A DNA stretch of 64,000 bases from Chlorokybus atmophyticus (taxonomy: Eukaryota; Plantae; Mesostigma and Chlorokybus algae). The notes below the pieces were generated by a model. The model ran no database searches and was not told the origin of the DNA. It saw nothing but the letters and a program-made list of their open reading frames with translations. The position numbers and the translations under genes were made by a program. This document shows positions 51,461 to 61,286 of this stretch, one piece after another. Each line of letters begins with the position of its first letter. Positions within the stretch are counted from its first letter, which is position 1. The stretch is taken from NCBI GenBank assembly GCA_009103225.1, contig RHPI01001428.1, positions 484,054-548,053 on the forward strand. The letters run 5' to 3'.

Positions 51461-51935
51461 AACGGACGACCCGATATAGTGGTATCAAGTATGGAACAGT
51501 CACGAAGCTAATGGGGAAATGCTTATGCCGGCTGTCTGAGATTGTAGCTGACCGACGGTCACGATCGACGCTAGCAACGTCGACATACTCGTTGTAGCGG
51601 GTGAATGTTGTTGATCTGCACCGATGATCCCGGTGGCGTCGACGTGTTCAGTCTGCGCTGTGAATGTGCGTCCTAACGGGGTTTATCAGCTGTTAGGACG
51701 CGGAGGTTGTTGTGTGCATCACGTCGAGATGGCGTATGTTGACCGTTGTCAACAGCCGTTTCCGCTCGTGTGCTGAGGGTGGGATGACGTCGATGAGACA
51801 GAGGCACGCAGCTAAACCCGTCGTCAGTGCGCGATATCGACGTTGTGCAACGGTGTGCGCTTTTGAAAATTTGGTAGGGGAGGGCGGTGAGTGTGCAAAC
51901 AGCATAGGTGTCTGGTGTTGTGGGCGGTGGCGACA

Positions 51936-54900
51936 ATGGCGGAGGAGATTGATGTAGCAACGCTCGTTGAGCAGCAGCGGCAGAAGCTTGCTGAGTTAGA
52001 GGCTGCTCGCAAGGAGCGATGTGCAAGCCAGAAAGATTATGCCAGGCGGCGCTGCAAGGAGGACAAGTATGTCGTCAACCAGCTCAGGGAGGAGTTGGGT
52101 TTGAAGAAGTCCAGGATGAATGCCACAGGGGTCTTTATGTATGCCTTAACGTCTGGCAATACGTGGAGCTGGGTCGGCGACCACCTAGTTATGAATCGGA
52201 TGGCAGGAGTGAGTGTATACATGCTGCCGGTGGCGCAGTGTTGAGCATAAGTGTTTGGACTGATATACAGGAGATTCTGTGTCTAAGTGCATCCTTGTTT
52301 TGTGCTGCAGGATGTGCCACGTCTGCTTGCAAGTTCAACACCACTCCGCTGTGAGGAGGTGCTCATAGTTGGTTAGTTGTGTGCATCGTTGGCGCTGCAA
52401 TTGCATTGGTGGCTGACTAGTTGTGTATGCAGAACGATGATGATGTGGATATTGATCCATCTGAGTCTGAGGACGAAGACCAAGAGAACATCCCACCAGC
52501 GTCTCAGCTAAATAAACGACAGAAGTCTTACCATGCGTCCGGACAGCAGCAAGTCCCATCTTTAGCTGCCCTGCAGCAACAACCATACAATTCCCGCATC
52601 AATCGTGACGGCAATCGCGTCCTGCTTGGTCCTAACATAGCCAGACTCAATGGCAATGCAAGGTCTATTCCGAGGACGCCCAAAACTCCGGGGGCCCAGG
52701 CGCAAGGTGGGCGCATGCCGTAGTAGGTTCAGACAGACAGCTTGACAGGAACATCTTCAACTGCATGTTGATGTTGAGCTACTGGATGTTAGCAGATTGG
52801 TATAGCACGAGTGTCAATTTGGTGTACCCTTTGCCTAGTGATGGACATTGATGTGAATTGTGCTGTTGGTGCAGAGTTTGCACCTGCTGTGAGTGTGGAC
52901 TCAACGCCTGTGCATGCTGCGATTCCTACGTGTAGACAGACCCGAATATTCAGCCAAGTTGAGGTATCACACTCTGTGCACCGCTTGTGTTTACGTTAAC
53001 AGCTGCTGTAGTCAATAGACGTGTGGTCTAAAAATGAAGGGACTGCCTGTCTAGAGTTGCATAGATCCACTAAGTGCCGCTTGGTGTGGGCAATGTAATA
53101 TGTTTAGGGGGGTTGTGTGCAATCACAACGCTCGTCATGCATGCATACCAGCTTAGCTGTCTCATAGTCTGGCAGATGGTGAACTCATTGCTGTACATAT
53201 TGGGTAGGAGTGTCAGTGTGGGTTATATACTACTACTGGCGATGAGATTGCGCTGTTGTTGTCTATATTGGTCTCATCACTGTGGTGCTTGGCTAGTTTC
53301 TTCGGCAAGAAGTTCTACGCCTGACGACCGAGCTGGACACCGCTCGTGTGGAGCGCGACGGGATGTGCGCTGAGGCGGAGGTACTGAGACAGGCTGTGCG
53401 CGACAGAGAGGTGCCTGTGCAAACATCTGCGAGCACGGCGCTCGAACGGGCTCAGCGGGAGGCTTGTCGTTGGCATTCAAAATGGCAGGTGCGTATGACA
53501 ACCTGGTATAATGTTGATGGAATGCCCTGGTGCATTCTGCGTTGTTGAGACAACAACCACCCTAGGACCCTGCCAATCTGCTGTCATCTTTACCTGTCAG
53601 TGCGGTGATCTGAGATCAGTTTGGTCCTGCAGGAAGCTGATGAGCGGTTGGCAGCGCAGCAAACACGGCATGACGCGCAACGTGAGGAGGATGCGTGCCA
53701 ATTAGAGGAGGCGCATGAGGAGGCGGATCACCTATTACAGCATGTTCAGGTTAGTGTATGTATGGGGTGATCAACCATGCTCGTAGAGCATGAATGGGCA
53801 TGGGCTAAATTTGGGGTTGACATGTTGTATAGTTGCTGGAGACCAGTGTGCAGGAGGAGGTAGATCAGTACAAAAGCGAGAAACAGCAGCGTCTGTCGGC
53901 AGAGCAAGACAGGGACGGTTACCGCATGCGACTGGTGGAGCTTGAGGAGGTAATCACTGGGCTGCGCGATACAATGCGAAGCCGGAGGGTGGCGCAACCC
54001 TCTGCGCATGATGCACAGGTGGCGGAGGAGGTCCGATTATTATATGTGGACGAGGTGACGGCTGCAGCGCAAGAGGAAGTAGCTGATCCTCTTGCTCGTG
54101 CGGTGAAAGATGTAGCGGCGCAACTGCTGCAACGGGATGCCGTGGTGCTCCTCACCGCTGTAGCTGCAAAATACAATGTCAAACAAGCCCGGGTGTTGTT
54201 GAGAGCAGTGCAATCCAGAATTCCGGGTGCAACCATGCACGTGACTGGTGCGAAACAGCAAGGGACGCTGCTCATTGCAGCTTGGGCTGACCCCTTGGCC
54301 TGTCTGCTACGGCATGCCATAAGGGTGACTGATGTGCCAACTACCACGCAGTCCAAAGGGAGTGGTCCCGCCTCACCAGACGGAGATGAAGTGCCGGCAG
54401 CAGTGTTGCGTACCTTGAATAGGCTCATGGATGTGGAACGCAAACGGCTGGTGGAGCGCAACAGAATGGACCACGACTTGCGCTTCGTCGATTGGCTTGT
54501 GGAATGGGAGACATCCGGGGCGACATTACGCAAGGTCTTTGGTGCCTTGACAGGCTACAACGTGATGGAGCGAGTGAAGACACCCGGGGAGCGGCATGCG
54601 CACTCTCTGGCAGTCCTGCGAAACAAAACTCTGTTTCTCACGCACTCTGCTGTGTATGCAAGGAGCCGGTGGGCCTCCTCTCCTGTTCATATGGCAGTCA
54701 GTGATGCTGTGGATGCTGCAACCAACGGGAACAAGCTCATCAAGACACTTAATCGTATTGGAGTCGCAACCAGCAGGAGCCACTTGGACCGTCACGTACA
54801 TCGCCGGGCATTGCACAACCTCAAATCGCCTGCTCGACTGCAGCCGCAGCCAGGGATGCATGTACTCGCATCCATTGACAACATGGATGTCCGTGCGGGA

Positions 54901-57503
54901 CATCAGGCAAAGTACAAAGGAAGAACTACTGGTGATATACATGCTACATCAACTCAGCTCACCTCTACCAGCGGCCGACAATGCACTGGGCCTCTCGAAT
55001 TGGAGGTGAGCTCCAATGTCATCTGCCTAGGACGTGTGCATGCGCGCAGCCATCATCATTGTTGGTTTCACTTACATGTTGTCGCCTGGCATGGACAGCG
55101 TACGCGCAATCGCACATTGATGGAGGCCATGATATCTGCGCCATTGTCAGAGGCTATGCCGCCCCCACCACCACGCCCTCGTCAGACCGCCACAGTTCGC
55201 AGCGAACCTATCCTGAATTTGATGCCAGCTGAGACTGCCGCCCTCAACTCGTTCAAGGTCTCTATGCACAACACTGTGGTGTTTCGAATGCGTCAGGAGC
55301 AGCAGGCGTCACTGCCTACACTCAAGGACGACTGGGCGCGCTATCTGCACAGTGCACAAAGCGAGGAGCCAACTGTGCCCAATGACATTGAGTACCTTCC
55401 GGTGCTGCCCTTTTGCCCTGACAAGATCGATAACCTGAAGATAGCCTTGCTCCAGCTGCGTTGCAAGGTGCACTTGAGTGACACGCAAAGCAAGATCTGC
55501 GTCACGGGAGACCAAAAGACATTTGCACTAATGGTAGCGCTGAAGAAGGCGGAGCCAGGATATTGGGACTGGTTGGTTCCTATTCCTGGAGACTTTCATG
55601 TGCTCATGAATATGCAGCCCGTGTTGATGAAGATGGCATGGGATGCCGGTCTCGATGCTTTATCACTGGAGGGCGGCTTCTCCAACTCGACAGCGCGTAA
55701 CCACCTGGTTGAAGGTTTGCATTGGAAGCGCATCCACAACTTCTTGTGCAAAGGTTGGGAGGCTGTGTACCGGCGCATGCAAGACCTGTGGTGGGAGCAA
55801 GAGAGCGCAGTCAACAAACAGATATGCGAACAAGACTGGGCGCAGCATGGTGTATTGGCCACCAAGCCACGCCGATTGATTGAAATATTTTGTGAAGACA
55901 AGGCAAACTATGATGCTACATGGCAGTTCTGGTGGAGCTTCGTCGATAGAGACATGCTGCATTACCTCGGCCTGTTCTGTGCTGTGCGAAAAAAAATCTG
56001 GCACCTGAGGCTGGCGAGCTGGAAAGGTCTTAGCCCACTGCCGTTTGCCTGGGACCGATTCAACTACCAGAAAGTGATGACACTGCACTTAGCGGAACTC
56101 CAGACCATGCCTGCCTCACTCCTGGAAATGCTGGCTGCCGGAGGCTTTGCAGTGAGCTTGACAGGCACGCCAGGACGGTTGGTGGCTCTGGACGAGGCAC
56201 ACGAGTGTCTTGTTAACCGAGACATGAAGATGACATTATACAAGCCCACTACTGAGATGCTTAGGCAAAAGTCCCAGTACCTCGGGGAGCGCAGCCAATC
56301 CCAGAAGCAACTGAGTCGGCAGTTACTTCTGGAGACAGAGCCAACCAACCATGACATGGATACTGATGCTGATGATGACAGCCATAGGGTGCTGCGCACT
56401 CTGGCTGCAGATGCCTCGCATTGCGGGAGCGACATCGGGTACATGGTTGATCTACTGAGTACTAGTAAAGCTTTAGCTAGGCCGCCCTGCCAGGACTTGA
56501 CCTGATCGGTCTGGCGGTAACGGAGAGGTGGGATATGGCGTTGAAGGAGGTCACAGTGCAGGTGGCGCAGCACTCACGGGCAGGATCACGCCCTCCATTC
56601 ATCAACCTCACACGCCTCCAGGAGCATGTCGCAAGAATGCACCAGCTGCACAGCATTACTGTCGGACGGCGTAGTTGGTTGCTGCTGCTAGTGTATGCTG
56701 CCACCGGCAGCGACTACACGTCATTCATTGGCGGCATCTCAAAGCAGTTCATCTGGAGAACAGTCATGGCTCAGCATGCAGACTTCATCACTGGAGGCGT
56801 CAATGAACAAGAGCACGAGATGTGCTTTGCAGTGCTACGCTTGCTGGGCTGTTCCTACTTTGAAAAGTACCGTTCGTCCTTCGACTCTGGGACTCCTGCC
56901 TCACTGTACTTCGAACTGCACGGCGCACACGCTACTACCAGTGACAAGGTGTTTTTAGGGGACTGGCTTGAAGCTATTCACAAGACTATATGGAAAAAAA
57001 CCGCCACTCCACGTGACACTATTCCTACAGTCGATGCCCTATGGCTGCATGCCTTACGCTCGGTATATGCAGTCCAAATGTGGATGCAGAGTTGTGAACA
57101 AGACATGCATCTACCGGAGTTGACGGAGTATGGTTTTAAGCTGGATGATGGCGTGTGGTGTGCAGTGCAGGATCTTTCAGAAAACATGGCAGCAGCCATT
57201 ACTCGTCGACAAGTGCTCATGCATGGGTGCGTATGCAAGGTTGGACGTTGCAACAGCAAGAGATGCAAGTGCCGAAAGGCTGGCAAGTCATGCACGGACA
57301 GCTGCTCATGCATTGGGTGCAAAAACCACCTCAACGGCTGCTCGGCGAATGAGACTGTGGAACCTGCGGCATGCACCGTTGAGGAACCACAAAACCAACA
57401 AGCAATAGCAGAACCTAGCAGGCACGAAGATTGGACGTTGGAGGACAGCAATGATGACAGCGACGTGGAGGACTTGACCAACATGGACATGTACGACATC
57501 TAG
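51936..57503 (+). pseudogene. AcademX transposase / XPG / CXC gene with an internal deletion of the PIN core
   Basis: ASIDNMD, GDQKT, PIPGDFH, ALDEAHE, TGSDYTSF, PTVDALWLH and CXC CVCKVGRCNSKRCKCRKAGKSCTDSCSCIGC. The segment seen in element 1 between ~13570 and ~14690 has no counterpart; the reading frame breaks at 56505/56535. Confidence 0.8.
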
Positions 57504-57790
57504 TCTATGCACACCATGACCGACCCTGTGTTGTGACATTCCGTCGCTGCACCTGCCCAAACCCTCCACGCCGCCGCGGCCGCCGCCACCGCCGCCGCCG
57601 CCGCCAAGCAATCCAGCATAGCGTGTCGCGGATGAGTCGACACCTTTAGGGGTCGCTACCAGCGTATTATTATTCACACACATTATTAGGGTTTGGTGCT
57701 GACTTTTAGGGTTAGTGTCAACTTGTGCTGTTGGTTGCACTGAGTTGATTCCATATCAGGTTGATTGCTTCACGCGTGCAAGCAGCGTCC

Positions 57791-59634
57791 ATGCCTGAGC
57801 TGTCCCGAGGCAGGACATGCCTGGTGTGCGAGGTTTGCCATGCGTATGTTGTCAACAATGGGCAGAGGGCGCGCCTCGAGCGTCATCAAGCCCAGTGCAG
57901 TCAGTATCACACACGGTTTGGTTTTACTGCCCCTTGCTGGCATCACATGTGTGGCGGTGATCACATTATTCATTGCCGAGGCAAGCTAAAGTGCACTCTG
58001 CCGGAATTCTTCCATAGTCAATGCACGTGCAGTCTGTGCGAGAGTGCTCCGTTCGAGTGGCATGGGCAACCTATGCGATACATGCCATACGCACGGCCTG
58101 GCTCCATTGCAGATGGCCAGATCGTGAATCTTGCCAAGGTTAGTGATTATCACCAATGGCACAATGCATGTTGTCAAGCCCTCTATTCAGCATAGGTTGC
58201 ACGCATCCTAATAAACACACGTGCGCATAGAGCTGTCGCGCCAGATGTGGTCGAGGACAGGTGGACTTGAATAACACGCGGCGGATCGATAGTGAGGACG
58301 GCGTATGCAACGACCAAGTGAGCTCTGTTCAGTCGTTTAGGCTCTGTGCTGTTATCTATACAAACAAGTCGCTCAGCCTGAGCATCACTTGCAGTTAAAC
58401 CTCCAATTACGCGTGCGTGTGTTCGCGCGTTGCGGGACCTACTGTATGCTCATCCTTGTTAGTATGTTAGGTAGCAGTTGACAAAGAAGAGGTCCTTCAT
58501 TCAACACGGCAGCGATGCGTGCATGGTGGGCATTCGCTGGTGGGATTGAGGACCATGGTATATTGGCCGGCGGACAGCGCTTGGTATGAGGGCGCCATAT
58601 ACGCACACAACAGTCAAGTCGGTGCGTGATTGCTTGCAAATGGCCCTGACTTCAAGTGACATTGATTGCGCCATCTGTGTACAGGAAGGCACAGTGTTCG
58701 ATTTGTTGACGGTGACGTGCAGCACCTCCACATCGACAAGCACAACATTGTGGTCGTGCTCACTCACGATGGCAGTGACAAGTGCATGGTCGTGGGCGGA
58801 CGCAGAGTGTCCACCAACAGAAAAGTTTCGCCGCCGCTGCCAAGTATCCCGTTGTGGAGGACGTCTACCCCACAGCTCATCACCCACACCGCTACCCGGC
58901 GTAGCGGTGAACCTCACCGCCCTAAGCTCCTTGACCTTTGTTGCGGTGGGGGTGGAGCCAGCATGGGACTCTATCGCGCCGGCTTCGATGTCACGGGTGT
59001 GGATATCCAGGAGCAGCCGGAGTACCCATTTCCATTCATCCAAGGTGACGCCATGACAGTGGACCTGCTCCCTTACGACATCATATGGGCCAGCCCGCCC
59101 TGCCAGGCATTTGCGCGTTGCATACCAACCGCACAACGTCGACAGCACGGTGGCTCGTGGCACCACAGCACACTGCTGCATGACTTGCGCTTGCGTCTGC
59201 ACGACAGCGGCCTTCCTTTCGTACTAGAGAACATTCCGGATGCTTCCAAGTACATGAAGCCGAACATGGTCCTCTGCGGGACCATGTTTGAATTAGCAAC
59301 TTTCCGGCACCGAGTCTTTTAAACCTCCCCCGTTGTTGACGTTGAACTGGTTTGTGACCACACAGACAAGAGACTAGGACTATTGTCAGGGCACCAATCT
59401 GCCAAGGCCCTTACTGACGTGCATGCCGTGCCCAAGCAGATGTACCCCATTTACGGACATGCCTCCTCGCGCGGAACCACACTCGGGTGGAGCCAGGCAC
59501 TTGGCATTGATTGGATTACATCCGAGTCCACGTTGGTAGAGTGCATCCCCCCTGCATACTCCGAGTATATTGGTCGCCAAATGTTAACAGCAATGGGGTA
59601 CTCAGTACTTAGTACACCTCTGTCATGGCCTTGA
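57791..59634 (+). pseudogene. Cys/His-rich + Tudor + prokaryote/phage-type C5 DNA cytosine methyltransferase; 3 predicted exons, one in-frame stop
   Basis: Predicted exons 57791-58138, 58471-58621 and 58685-59634 splice in frame. Tudor VYWPADSAWYEGAI..GRHSVRFVDGD. MTase motifs I LDLCCGGGG, II GVDI, IV WASPPCQ, VI LENI, VIII RHRVF, X ECIPPAYSEYIG. TAA at 59320-59322 sits where GAA (F-E-T-S) is expected. Confidence 0.85.
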
Positions 59635-60142
59635 CGCTTTGAGCCACTTACACAATTGCAGCCCGATGTTATATGCATACCAGTCCTGTTGACATACTGT
59701 CACACTGACACACACCACCTTAACGCTCTGCACACCATATTATGTGTGTGGCCTAACCCAATCGAACCCACTGTCAGCCACAACGTTTTTTTTTTCTTGA
59801 CAATGAACCCCTAACATGCTGGCACGCTTAGCAAACACACCACACTACCAGCGAATAGTAGTGAAAATCCTACACAGCAGCAGCAAGCGCAGTAATCAGG
59901 GTACATGCACTACAGTAGGCTGCTCAGGCAACGTTTGTACAAGGGAAAGTGTATGCGGGTAACATTGATCGCAGCGTGCAACCATCCAGGTCGTCACATT
60001 GTTGACGCTCTGTCTCGCGCATTCGCAGCATTAGTACAACCTGCACACACAATGTCATTATCTCTCAACACTGAGAGATAGACAGCAGGCGCAGCTCATT
60101 AGCATGACAACAGCCACACATTCTCACACACCACATGCAGCT

Positions 60143-60947
60143 CTACACGCTCCACTGCAGCTTGCAATTGGCGCAGCAATGCCACTCTGAAACTGACATG
60201 AGACACAATGGACACCTACAGCATCTCCCGACATCACATTGCGCCAGACACTGCGCCACACACAAATCACACCACACACAGCCCACGACAACATGCAGCA
60301 CAGCAACCAGGTTCGCACAGTACCTACCAGTGTTTGTTGGCATGACGGGATGCCATCCACCTCCCTGGACTGCAGGAGGTGGATGTGGCAAGCCGGGATT
60401 GTCGTCGTCACCACGGTCCCCGCCTTGCAGAGGATGCAGACTCCACTGCCCAACCTCAAATGGCAACCACTCAGTGTCATGCCACTGCTCTACCCAATGT
60501 CGTCTTCGTCCAGGGTCCATATCACATTCAGTGCCAATCACCCACCGCGCTAGCGCAACACCTCCCACCACATGCTCTACCACCAGCAGATCACTACCCA
60601 GCCGCTGAGGGAAGCCGGGCACACGGCGCAGACGATGCAAGCTAAATCTAAAACCAAAACCACCCGGCAAGGCGACATGCAACTCTCTGACACCATTAGC
60701 ATCACCAGCAGGCATACCCATTATATGCACCGGCGATCCGATGGATACCTGTCAAGCGCAGAACAATAATGGCGACAGTATTGTTGGCAATTACCACCTA
60801 ATGCACAGGAGAACCGGCTGGCTAAAACAGCACCTGGTCATATGCAGTCTGGTAGAAGGTCTGGCTGCGCAAAATAGACGGGAGAGAGCCGCCCAGAGCA
60901 AACGTTACCGCCGGTGCATGCACACCAGCCTCGCCTTGATCCGCCAT
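60143..60947 (-). CDS. Convergent second gene of AcademX-2, unknown function
   Basis: ATG at 60947; 114-bp exon (MADQGEAGVHAPA...AYDQ); 85-bp GT-AG intron (60833-60749); in-frame exon from 60748 continuing into the 195-aa ORF. The 3' end is uncertain. Confidence 0.55.
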
Positions 60948-61286
60948 CAAGCTCCGCACAGACGTCGCCCGCAAGCTGCCCCTCACACGACAATCTGACC
61001 GACACTGGCCACCACCCGAAGCACAGACTGCCTAGCGACGGCGACACAACCCTAACAATCCGTAGAACTCGCGCTGGCGGGAAACGGCAGCACACCGTTG
61101 CAGAGAGAACAGAGATCGCCGTTGAACAACAAACAACTTACATATCACCAACGCGCATAACAGTTTGTTTACCACAGCACACCGCCGACTGGCAGCGCAC
61201 CGCCCATGTCGAAACAACGCGGTCGACAATGATCCGTCAGCGCCGACGCTACACACCTCACCGTCGGTTGCAGCTGGTTCGCCAAC

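Noticed and set aside
51479-51490. tRNA-Met PBS (TGGTATCA) suggesting an LTR element at 51.5 kb
   Set aside because: It is not preceded by a CA-ending LTR, and no partner LTR or PPT was found.
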